This document shows positions 8,030 to 16,318 of a DNA stretch of 64,000 bases, one piece after another. The stretch covers positions 25 through 64,024 of the forward strand of contig JANNXP010000141.1 in NCBI GenBank assembly GCA_031409615.1. The letters run 5' to 3'. Below the pieces are notes generated by a model. The model had not been told where the DNA came from and did no database searches. It saw only the letters and a program-made list of their open reading frames with translations. A program made the position numbers and the translations under genes. Within the stretch, counting starts at the first letter, position 1; the number at the start of each line of letters is the position of its first letter. Origin of the DNA: Haliea sp. GTDB taxonomy: Bacteria > Pseudomonadota > Gammaproteobacteria > Pseudomonadales > Halieaceae.

Positions 8030-8483
8030 CTAACATACTGATATATAACATTGTATATTGAATTGGTGGAATTGTTATTTGGAGTAAATCTCCTCGTAAG
8101 TGCAACGGGTCACACTTCCTTCGATTCAGGCGTCGCACATATAGGTTAGATTCACAAATTGCGATCGCGAACAGAACAAGCCAAAGAGTATCTACCAGCG
8201 GCATGAATCAAAAGTTAAATAACGGCAAGCCTGAAGACTGCCTGAAGTGAGGCTCGCCTTTATTTCAATAGCAGACGACCCAGTAAACCGAACGTCTTAT
8301 TGAAATTCTAGCAGTTTGCGTCGTGGTCAACCTTAGAGATATTAGTGTTGTATCATCTTTGAACTCCGACTGGCCGATGCTACTTAAGATGTAGTTATTG
8401 TTCAGTGTCTGCCTGATAAACTGGTTCACGCCGGACTAAGGATACCGCTGCATGGATAGCACACAGGATTATATAAAGATGGA

Positions 8484-8641
8484 GCAACGCAGGCTGACAT
8501 TGAACCAGTAGGTTCCGACTTCATTCTTAACGAGGCCATTGGCACCCGCGGTGAGCAATCGACTTCAGGACAGCAGGCAAGGCTGTGGAGTCGCACAGGC
8601 AAGCTGCTGGCGACGACCGAAAACTGGGCTGGTTCAGGTAA
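8484..8641 (+). pseudogene. C-terminal remnant of a thioesterase-family gene
   Basis: DFILNEAIGTRGEQSTSGQQARLWSRTGKLLATTE then 1-nt frameshift into LGWFR*; no start codon. Confidence 0.45.
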
Positions 8642-8706
8642 GCGGGCCGTAAGGGGATTTATAAGTTAGCTGTCCTGCCTGCTCGGCTGCGCCAGTGATG
8701 ATCGGA

Positions 8707-9384
8707 TCAGCACAGCTGAACACCCACTGCGGTTGAAGGAATGCGATGGCGGGTAGTGATGCCCAGTGCACACAGACCCAGCGCCATAAGTGCCAAGGTG
8801 TTGGTAATCGGAACCGATGACGCAGTGGCATTCCGTACGAACCACGATCCCGTTACCCCGTCCTGATTACCCTTAAGCGTACCACGATCAGTATATGCCC
8901 ACTGAACGAAAGTACTGGGTGGGGCGGAGGCCGCCACCATTAGGGTGAGGTACGGATTGCCATCGAAATCGAGAGTACGGACGATCGCAGAAATAGCGGC
9001 GCTCCTCGAAAACTCTTCCTGCGGCGTCGTGAGCAAAAAGCCGTCGTGAGTCATGCTGAAAATCCAGCTATTGCCGAATTCAATTAGATTATCAGGCCCA
9101 GGGCCCAGCGCCGTAGATCCCAGGTAATAGTTAAAGAGACCATTCACATTGTCGACACTTGCCCAAGTCCAACCTGTGAGATCGTTGCCCCCCAGGGAGC
9201 CATTACATGACCCGGATGAGGCATCACAAACCGTATTGATGTCGTTCCAGCTATAGCCAATGAAATCCACCGGTTGCAACCATTCCAGCCCACTCACCGT
9301 GACGGGGGGCAGCAATGCGGCACTTGCAGATCCGGCCGTCAAAGAGATTAACAAAACAACCAATAAACCTGTTTTTCTTATCAT
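8707..9384 (-). CDS. PEP-CTERM-type exported surface protein (degenerate sorting signal)
   Basis: Signal peptide from ATG 9384; C-terminal VPITNTLALMALGLCALGITTRHR; paralogous to 9699-10367. Confidence 0.75.
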   Translation of the reverse strand: MIRKTGLLVVLLISLTAGSASAALLPPVTVSGLEWLQPVDFIGYSWNDINTVCDASSGSCNGSLGGNDLTGWTWASVDNVNGLFNYYLGSTALGPGPDNLIEFGNSWIFSMTHDGFLLTTPQEEFSRSAAISAIVRTLDFDGNPYLTLMVAASAPPSTFVQWAYTDRGTLKGNQDGVTGSWFVRNATASSVPITNTLALMALGLCALGITTRHRIPSTAVGVQLC

Positions 9385-9698
9385 TAATAATTCCCTCGTC
9401 CTGTCAGCTGCCAGTTCGTCTTGCATTCCCATACTGCACTATACGACAACGCAGTGGAAGACTGGACAAGATCATGTGTAAACCTCCCCATTTTAGTGAA
9501 ATCCCAAATTGGAGTTTTCCGCCCGCTCATGTTTGGCCAGATACTCCCAGTGTAAACCTCCATATAAACTCCAAAATGTACTGCCAGAATTTCAATTAGC
9601 CAACAATGACAGCACTGGCAAAGGCGAAGGCCGCTGGGATTGATGTGGATAAGGCTATTGCTGTTAGTGGCGTGGGATACCTGAACCCGGTTGGGGGG

Positions 9699-10367
9699 TT
9701 AGGTGTGTTGCTTTTGCTTCCGGCGAGTGTAGCCAAGAGCAGCGAGGCCCAAGCCTAGTAGGGGCAGGGTTGCGGGGACGGGGGCTTCTGTTGGTGGTTC
9801 TGATTGGTCACGGAAAAACCAGCCTCCGCGCGTGGGAGACACAGTGCCCACCCCAGTGAACTGGTCTGACGAAAAGGTGTCCGTCCGAGTTTCCGCTGTC
9901 CCGTCTTGTATGCTTGTTGAGTAGGCTAGCCCGGACCCATTGAGGTTGCGCAAAATGCCGCGCATACGACACTGGCCCGAGGGGCCAGCCTCACAGTCCA
10001 AGGGGATGAAGTCTTCAAAGAACGCCGGGGCCCACAAAGAATTACGCTGCGTGCGATTGCCCGGGACGAACGGATGCAAAAGGGGAGAAAAACCTGCGTC
10101 CGAGAGATACACATTAAATAAGCCGTTGATCTCGTGAATTCCCGCCCACATCCAGCCCGTTAAATCATTGCCGCCAGCACCCCCGGTGCAAATACCTGTG
10201 CTCGCGTCACACGCAGTGGCGATATCATTCCAGCTAAGATTTACAAAATCTCTCGGTTGTAACCACTCCTGCCCATTCACTGCAACGGCCGGCATCAATC
10301 CGGCATTCGCAGCCCCAGCCAAGCTAAACACCAGTGCGGCCATTGATCTACCAATTGCCTTGAACAT
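9699..10367 (-). CDS. PEP-CTERM-type exported surface protein
   Basis: Signal peptide; C-terminal VPATLPLLGLGLAALGYTRRK. Confidence 0.85.
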   Translation of the reverse strand: MFKAIGRSMAALVFSLAGAANAGLMPAVAVNGQEWLQPRDFVNLSWNDIATACDASTGICTGGAGGNDLTGWMWAGIHEINGLFNVYLSDAGFSPLLHPFVPGNRTQRNSLWAPAFFEDFIPLDCEAGPSGQCRMRGILRNLNGSGLAYSTSIQDGTAETRTDTFSSDQFTGVGTVSPTRGGWFFRDQSEPPTEAPVPATLPLLGLGLAALGYTRRKQKQHT

Positions 10368-10406
10368 CCTTATTCCCCATTATTCTATTCACGATCAATT
10401 AGACAG

Positions 10407-10421
10407 GCAAAATACGAGCCA
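10407..10421 (-). promoter_or_regulatory. Sigma-54 -24/-12 promoter
   Basis: TGGCTCGTATTTTGC with GG-N10-GC spacing, 40 bp upstream of the PEP-CTERM gene. Confidence 0.7.
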
Positions 10422-10474
10422 CGTCAATAAACACGTTGGTTGTGGCTCTACCTCTCGCGACTTGGCGGGGTTGT

Positions 10475-10491
10475 TGTAAAGAATCCTGACA
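10475..10491. promoter_or_regulatory. Candidate enhancer (bEBP) site
   Basis: TGTAAAGAATCCTGACA (TGT-N11-ACA) upstream of the sigma-54 site. Confidence 0.45.
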
Positions 10492-10613
10492 ACTCAAAGT
10501 GGGCGCCAAATACCGCAATCATCCCAGCGGGTCGTATTCTTCGTCATCCTCAATCGGCGCATTGTCCCAGCAGTTTCCTCGGCGACTCATGCTCTGCTGC
10601 ATGCGGTAGATGA

Positions 10614-11720
10614 TTACTTCCTTCGCTCAATTGCATTGAACGCCTGAGTGACGCGTTGTAGGTAGTTGTCTACGTAAAACTTTTCTATTGCTTGCTGAAC
10701 GGCCTTCCCTTCAGGTAGTGTTTTTCCATCGACTATTTGCTGTAGTAGTTCGGCTAACTTTTCTTTGTGCCCTGAGGCATATAAGCTGCCATTAACAGAC
10801 TCAGCAATAATTTCCAGTGGCCCCGTTTCACAGTCAGAACTAATTGCATAAATTCCATATGAATTAGCCTCCAGCAGAGCCATTACCAACCCTTCGTATT
10901 TGGACGTCAATATGAGGCTTGTTACCTCGCGCAGCGATTCCGTAATATAGTGCCACGGGTCATTTTGCCAACCATGCCATCGGATCTGGCCTGTAATATT
11001 TAGTTTATTGGCAAGTGCTTTTAACTCAAATTCATCTTCGCCTGAACCAACAATATTGAGCATCCAATCGCCTTTGACAAAGACTAACGCTTCAAACAAT
11101 TCGCGCATATTTTTCTGCCCATCGGCAATCACGCGACCAACATATATGAATTGTTTAGTTTTTTCTGGTCTTGGAATAATGACTTCATGACGGGGTACAG
11201 GATTGTAAATTGTAAATATCGTCTTTCCATCAACTCCCATTTCGATGAGCTGATTTGTAATTCCGTCACTAATGGAAAGGTGACCATCCGCTCGACATAG
11301 ATATCTTGCCCTTGACATGCTGGTTACAGAAAAATGGACCCATGAAAGAACAACAGTTTTATGAAATGAAAATTCGCGAGCCATAACACTAATAAAACAA
11401 AGAATCGGATCCAAGCTAAGGATCAAGTCTGGTTTTTCATGACGAAATATTTTGCGTAGAGAATTTGCAAGAAACAAACGCCCTAATTTGCGGTGTCTGA
11501 CTGGTGGGGTAATTTTGCAGTAAGCCTGGCCAGCCAGCCAGTCATCGTTCACTTCCCTTCTAACTTTCCTATTCGTTTTTGCCGCTCTAAAAAAAACTAA
11601 TGAAATATTGATCGTTGGTTCACTAGCTCTAAGTAGCGTAATGAATCTAAGGATGACGGTTTCCATGCCGCCCAACCCGCTGAGTTCATTGCCTACGATG
11701 ATCACTCTATTTACTTCCAT
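10614..11720 (-). CDS. waaB: GT4 glycosyltransferase, LPS 1,6-galactosyltransferase WaaB-like
   Basis: [43 protein letters not shown] motifs colinear with enterobacterial WaaB. Confidence 0.75.
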   Translation of the reverse strand: MEVNRVIIVGNELSGLGGMETVILRFITLLRASEPTINISLVFFRAAKTNRKVRREVNDDWLAGQAYCKITPPVRHRKLGRLFLANSLRKIFRHEKPDLILSLDPILCFISVMAREFSFHKTVVLSWVHFSVTSMSRARYLCRADGHLSISDGITNQLIEMGVDGKTIFTIYNPVPRHEVIIPRPEKTKQFIYVGRVIADGQKNMRELFEALVFVKGDWMLNIVGSGEDEFELKALANKLNITGQIRWHGWQNDPWHYITESLREVTSLILTSKYEGLVMALLEANSYGIYAISSDCETGPLEIIAESVNGSLYASGHKEKLAELLQQIVDGKTLPEGKAVQQAIEKFYVDNYLQRVTQAFNAIERRK

Positions 11721-11781
11721 AGAGACGTACTCCGCGTTGATTCACAATGAAAGTTTCTCTCATAGTGAGATCTACTAGATG

Positions 11782-11810
11782 TTGCATGAATACCGTGTAT
11801 CCGGTATTTT
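11782..11810 (+). promoter_or_regulatory. Sigma-70 promoter with operator for higBA
   Basis: TTGCAT-N17-TATTTT; ATACCG-N6-CGGTAT palindrome at 11790-11807. Confidence 0.7.
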
Positions 11811-11816
11811 CGGCAT

Positions 11817-12106
11817 ATGATCACATCATTTGGCAACAGGGCACATCTGACCTATTTCACGGCATACCTAGCCGCTATGCCAGAAAGCTGCCAAGCCAAA
11901 TACACGAACTCGCGCTGTACAAGCTCGATGTTCTGAATGCTGCTCAAGCCCTTGATGACCTACGCTCTCCTCCGGGAAATAGGCTCGAGACTTTAAAGGG
12001 TGAACTTAAAGGCTTTTGCAGCATTCGCATTAATTCCCAGTGGCGTATCATTTTCCGCTGGATAGACAGTAGCGCCACCGATGTTCAAATTTTGGACTAT
12101 CACTAG
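11817..12106 (+). pseudogene. higB: HigB (RelE/ParE family) toxin with 1-nt deletion near 11842
   Basis: MITSFGNRA in one frame, TSDLFHG...DLRSPPGNRLE...SIRINSQWRIIFRW...DYH in another. Confidence 0.75.
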
Positions 12107-12123
12107 CACTTGAGAGGTATCAT

Positions 12124-12414
12124 ATGATTCCCAGCAATAGAACAGCAACACATCCAGGAGTCATTTTGCTCAAAGACTTTCTTGAGCCACTGGAATTGAC
12201 ACAAACGGCATTGGCGGCACACGTCGGCGTCCCGGTGCAACGAGTAAATGAAATTGTTCGTGGCAAGCGCGGCATTACACCAGAAACAGCATGGCTTCTT
12301 TCTGAAGCATTGCGTACAACTCCAGAGTTTTGGCTTAACCTTCAGTCCACTCATGATTTATCTGCAAATCGTCCCGATCATCATGTTGGGCCTTTGGTTG
12401 CTGCGGGCATGTAA
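12124..12414 (+). CDS. higA: HigA antitoxin (HTH-XRE)
   Basis: THPGVILLKDFLEPL...RVNEIVRGKRGITPETA...FWLNLQ. Confidence 0.92.
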   Translation: MIPSNRTATHPGVILLKDFLEPLELTQTALAAHVGVPVQRVNEIVRGKRGITPETAWLLSEALRTTPEFWLNLQSTHDLSANRPDHHVGPLVAAGM

Positions 12415-12465
12415 CAAGACCATGTTGCGGACAACTTACGGTTGCCGCAAATAGCGGCGTGAAGG
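12409..12465 (+). other. attC site terminating the higBA cassette
   Basis: ATGTAAC-AAGAC-CAT[G]TTGC-GG[A]CAAC-TTACG-GTTGCC-GCAAATA-GCGGC-GTGAAGG; two bulged bases; higA stop in R''. Confidence 0.7.
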
Positions 12466-12539
12466 CCCACTGACTAACTAATCCCGATGATTTATGCTAT
12501 TACTGAGCGGCAAACTACGTCCACATCGAGGCTATTCAA

Positions 12540-12866
12540 ATGACCGTCAGAAAAATCGTTAGTTGCTTTGCGTTACTCACTGTCTTCTTTGCAACCGCGT
12601 CCATAGCCGTAGCACAAGACGGTAGCACTACTGGCTCTACGCCAACTCTGGTAGCTCCTGATACCGATGCCTTTGAGCAGGAAAAAGCAGAGGCCAAGGA
12701 ACCCGCTGGCGAATGTTGTCATACTAGAGGGGTTCCAGAGTGCGGCGGTGCTTGCGATATTTGTTGCGAGACGGGCGAACAAGCGTCCTGTGTCGCGGGT
12801 AGCTGCGATCCGAACAACACATTTGCCTGCACGTGTGCAGTGACCACATCGTGCAGTTGTAACTAG
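12540..12866 (+). CDS. Secreted cysteine-rich small protein
   Basis: Signal peptide, acidic/Thr linker, 12 Cys in the last ~50 aa. Confidence 0.7.
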   Translation: MTVRKIVSCFALLTVFFATASIAVAQDGSTTGSTPTLVAPDTDAFEQEKAEAKEPAGECCHTRGVPECGGACDICCETGEQASCVAGSCDPNNTFACTCAVTTSCSCN

Positions 12867-12889
12867 TCGCCGTATACAACGTGTGTCTG

Positions 12890-13300
12890 CTAAGGGGCAG
12901 GCACAGTACGGTGCGGATACAATTCAGCGGTCAGGCGGTAGAGCGCGGTGTCGAAACTATCCTCCGGATGTTCTTTGCAATACTTTTCCAGCCATACCAT
13001 GATCGTTTTCGTGTTCTTTTTGCCGGCAATATCGTAGGTGTTAGGCGCTAATCTGTTGATGGCCGTTAGATAGCCCATGGTGTACAGCGAAAATTCGTAG
13101 AGGGTGCCCCAGTTATCCTGGTCCTTGGCCTTGCTTAACGCGCCATTGAGTCCTGCACAACTTTCTACCGCGCTCATTGCTCGCACCTGATACTGCCTGT
13201 CTGTATCCGCAGCAAAGCCAGGGGCACTTGTCACGGACAACACAACAGCCAACAGGACGAGGGGACAACTGCGGCGCGGCGGCATCACAGTAGGCCGCAT
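12890..13300 (-). CDS. Exported hypothetical protein (HdeA/Rap1a-like helical fold?)
   Basis: Signal peptide; SC...GYLTAIN...WLEKYCKEHP; TGATG overlap with upstream gene. Confidence 0.6.
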   Translation of the reverse strand: MRPTVMPPRRSCPLVLLAVVLSVTSAPGFAADTDRQYQVRAMSAVESCAGLNGALSKAKDQDNWGTLYEFSLYTMGYLTAINRLAPNTYDIAGKKNTKTIMVWLEKYCKEHPEDSFDTALYRLTAELYPHRTVPAP

Positions 13301-13827
13301 CAGCAATGCCTGGCGAGCTGAGCAGCCAGCTTCGCTTTCATCGGCAACACCCACTGTGCCTTGAGCTGGGCTGATAACAGGCCGACCTCGTCCAGGTCAT
13401 CGCACAGTTTCATCTGGTGCGTGAAATCGAACAGGTCAAACTGGCGGCAAATCTGCGCCTTATCATTCAGGGTCAAGAACGAAACACCGGGCGTTTCAAA
13501 ATAGCTGCCATCAGTACGCGTCCCGGGGCCCCGGTTCATCCAGTGGGTAATCAGCTGGTTGCCCGCACCCGTGTAAATCCCCATGTAGGGAAACGTCCAG
13601 CCGTCCCAGCCCACCTTCATGTCGCGCCCATAGTGCGTAGCCTTGATCTCGTCGATACCGTTGGCCGTCACCTCCATCACCCCGGCGTACTGGCAGGTAT
13701 AGATACAGTCACGGGCGTACAGTTCATCCACGAAGAATACCCAGTCGTCGGTGCGGGAGGCTTCCTCATGCGCGGCGATCAGTTTATCTGCTGTCGCCCT
13801 TAGTACCTCATTGCTCAATACATTCAT
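13300..13827 (-). CDS. SnoaL/NTF2-like protein
   Basis: Size and ELYARDCIY...G.SFLTLNDKAQICRQFDLFD pattern. Confidence 0.7.
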   Translation of the reverse strand: MNVLSNEVLRATADKLIAAHEEASRTDDWVFFVDELYARDCIYTCQYAGVMEVTANGIDEIKATHYGRDMKVGWDGWTFPYMGIYTGAGNQLITHWMNRGPGTRTDGSYFETPGVSFLTLNDKAQICRQFDLFDFTHQMKLCDDLDEVGLLSAQLKAQWVLPMKAKLAAQLARHC

Positions 13828-13878
13828 TACGTGGTCCCTGAAATCTCTCGGTGCGTAGTCAGACTCTTTTATCGATTG

Positions 13879-14772
13879 CTAGAGATAGGCCTGCGCCAGT
13901 GCGGCGACGGTAGCACGCACATTGTTGCGAGTGTAGCCCAATTCCCCATTGTCCGGCTCATAACTGATAACGGCGTTGCGCCCGGCGTACAAAATCATAT
14001 CGGGGAACAAGGGATGCTCTGCGTACGACACGTCGAGCACGACAGGGTTGCCGACAGCCTCAAAGTACATCTCCAGATAATCCTTCCAACTGAGATTCTC
14101 ATCGCCCACCAGATAGGCCTTGCCGCCGATGCCGCGCTCCAGAGCACCGGCAATCGCTTCAGACATGGATTGACTGGAGATATGGTTCACTCCGCCAGCA
14201 GGCGCAATCACGGGCATACCTTCCAGCCGCCCTGCGGCGTACTGCACCAGTGCTTGCAGATGAGGCAGCGCGAGCCCGGGGACAACCCCGAGGATAAACG
14301 GTGCGTTAAGGCTGCACACCGTGAAGGATGGGCTATTCAGCGCGCGCAGGCTTTCATCCGCCAGATGGCGGGAGCGTACGTAGGGGTTGCTGTGGATTTT
14401 CTCGGGCACTACCTGGGGATAATAAGTGCCCACGTACACAGCGCGCTCTATTCCCGCGTCCTTCGCATGTGCAAAGAAGCGCGGTATCGCCTGCGTATTC
14501 ACGCGCTCAAAAAAGAGTGCGTCGTCTGCGCCCGGAGGCAACTGACGAATATCGGCACCGGCGGCAAAGACCATCTGATCGAAATCGGCGAGCGCCTCGA
14601 CGGGAACTTCGTCATCCACGTAGTTGCCGGGAAGGTGAGCAAAGTCACGCAAACAGTCGAGCACAGGGGCACAGCGCGACATCAGTGTTACCTTGTGCCC
14701 GACCTTGCGCAGGTGCAATGCCGCGTGAGCACCCGTAAGGCCGGTACCGCCTACCACCAGAATGTTCGCCAT
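13879..14772 (-). CDS. NAD-dependent epimerase/dehydratase
   Basis: VVGGTGLTG Rossmann motif. Confidence 0.85.
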   Translation of the reverse strand: MANILVVGGTGLTGAHAALHLRKVGHKVTLMSRCAPVLDCLRDFAHLPGNYVDDEVPVEALADFDQMVFAAGADIRQLPPGADDALFFERVNTQAIPRFFAHAKDAGIERAVYVGTYYPQVVPEKIHSNPYVRSRHLADESLRALNSPSFTVCSLNAPFILGVVPGLALPHLQALVQYAAGRLEGMPVIAPAGGVNHISSQSMSEAIAGALERGIGGKAYLVGDENLSWKDYLEMYFEAVGNPVVLDVSYAEHPLFPDMILYAGRNAVISYEPDNGELGYTRNNVRATVAALAQAYL

Positions 14773-14784
14773 GACAGATGTTCC

Positions 14785-15531
14785 CTACGGGCGCATAAAT
14801 TGGCCGCCGTCCACATTCAGGATGTGACCGGTAATCCAGCTGGCCTCGTCAGACAAGAGAAATAGCGCGGCATCCGCCAGATCCTTGGGCTGACCCAGGC
14901 GCTTGATGGGCATACTCTTGATCATTTCCTGGGCGTAATCACCGGCGATCCTGGTCAGTGCACCGGTATCGGTAGGCCCTGGCGCAATCGCATTGATTCG
15001 AATCTTGCGCCAGCCCAGTTCATTGGCCAGGCTCTGGGTAATACCGTTCACCGCAAGTTTGGCAACGCCATAAAAACCCGTGCTCATCCACGCTGCCGTG
15101 GAGGACTGATTGATGATGGCACCACCGCCCGCGGCAGTCATAGCGTCAACCACCGCGCGCGTCATGATGAGACAGCCGTGCGCATTGATGCGCATGAACT
15201 TCTCCAGGTAATCCATCTCCACGTTCAGATAACCTTCGATTTTCATATCACCAAAAATAGCGGCATTGTTGATCAGGTAATTGATGGCGCCGTACGTGTC
15301 CACGGTCGCCTTGGCGCAGGCTTTGGTGGAGTCCTCGCAGCCCACATCGGTTTGCACAAACAGAGCGCTGCCGCCATTCTTGTTGATGGCGTCAGCCACG
15401 CGCTGACCACCTTCGGAATTAAGTTCGGCGATGACCACATTCATGCCGCGCTGTGCACAGGCCATGGCGTAACCTTCGCCAATGCCGCCGCCGGCGCCAG
15501 TTACAATGATCGTTTTACCCGTAAAATCCAT
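14785..15531 (-). CDS. SDR oxidoreductase
   Basis: TGAGGGIG, NNAA, YGVAK. Confidence 0.92.
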   Translation of the reverse strand: MDFTGKTIIVTGAGGGIGEGYAMACAQRGMNVVIAELNSEGGQRVADAINKNGGSALFVQTDVGCEDSTKACAKATVDTYGAINYLINNAAIFGDMKIEGYLNVEMDYLEKFMRINAHGCLIMTRAVVDAMTAAGGGAIINQSSTAAWMSTGFYGVAKLAVNGITQSLANELGWRKIRINAIAPGPTDTGALTRIAGDYAQEMIKSMPIKRLGQPKDLADAALFLLSDEASWITGHILNVDGGQFMRP

Positions 15532-15544
15532 GTGCGTGTCCTCG

Positions 15545-16318
15545 TTAGAATATTGATTTGGATGTTAGTACATTGGGGCGGATTTCCAGCAGATCAATCG
15601 CCACGCCGGGGGGCTGTGCCAGTGCGTAGCGCACTGACTCTGCCACATGACTGACGTCCATGCCGGTATCCAGATGGGTGCCTGCGTCTTTCCAGGCGGC
15701 GATCGCCGCTGCAAATGCGGCCTTGTTCCAGCCGTCCGCGAAGCTGGTCCAGGCGCCGCCGGGACGGATACAGGTCACGCCAATACCATCGCCCTGCAAT
15801 TCCAGTCGCAGATCGCGTGTAAAACGTTCTACCGCGGCCTTGGTTGCAGCGTAGATCGACAGGTGGCTGATCTCGTCGTAGTGCCAGGCACTGGCCGAGG
15901 AAATGTTGATAATGCGGGGATTGTCCCCGCCGCGCAGCAGGGGGATCGCGGCTTGTGAGCAGAACACGGTACCGAGGAAGTTGGTTTGCAGCTGCAGCAA
16001 CACCTCCTCTTCCACCAGGTCTTCAATCTTGTTGGGGGTGGCCATTCCGGCATTATTGATCAGCCCATCCAACCGCCCGAAATGTGTCTTGATTGCCGTG
16101 AATGCAACACCGATCGCCCCACGTGAACCCACATCGGCGGCCACGCCAAATGCGTGATCCGAGCCGATGTCGGTCACCGCCTGATCCAGATCGGACTGGC
16201 TGCGGCTGATCAGCCCGACGCGCGCGCCGTTCTCTACCAGATTTTTGGCAATCGCCAGGCCAAATCCCCGGGAACCCCCGGTGACGATATAAACCTTGTC
16301 TTGCAACGTGGCACTCAC
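15545..16318 (-). CDS. SDR oxidoreductase
   Basis: TGGSRGFG, NNAG, YAATK. Confidence 0.92.
   Translation of the reverse strand: MSATLQDKVYIVTGGSRGFGLAIAKNLVENGARVGLISRSQSDLDQAVTDIGSDHAFGVAADVGSRGAIGVAFTAIKTHFGRLDGLINNAGMATPNKIEDLVEEEVLLQLQTNFLGTVFCSQAAIPLLRGGDNPRIINISSASAWHYDEISHLSIYAATKAAVERFTRDLRLELQGDGIGVTCIRPGGAWTSFADGWNKAAFAAAIAAWKDAGTHLDTGMDVSHVAESVRYALAQPPGVAIDLLEIRPNVLTSKSIF

Noticed and set aside
7923-8204. 93-aa ORF on minus strand
   Set aside because: Antisense reading of the tRNA fragment and att region; no protein features.
9695-9701. attC after the PEP-CTERM gene (ACCTAAC with stop codon)
   Set aside because: No downstream hairpin or R' partner found.
11747-11816. Long N-terminal extension of HigB in the ORF track
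   Set aside because: Starts upstream of and spans the promoter/operator; the HigB-like N-terminus is in another frame from 11817.
12860-12890. attC after the Cys-rich gene
   Set aside because: TGTAAC is present but there is no L-box stem or complementary core.
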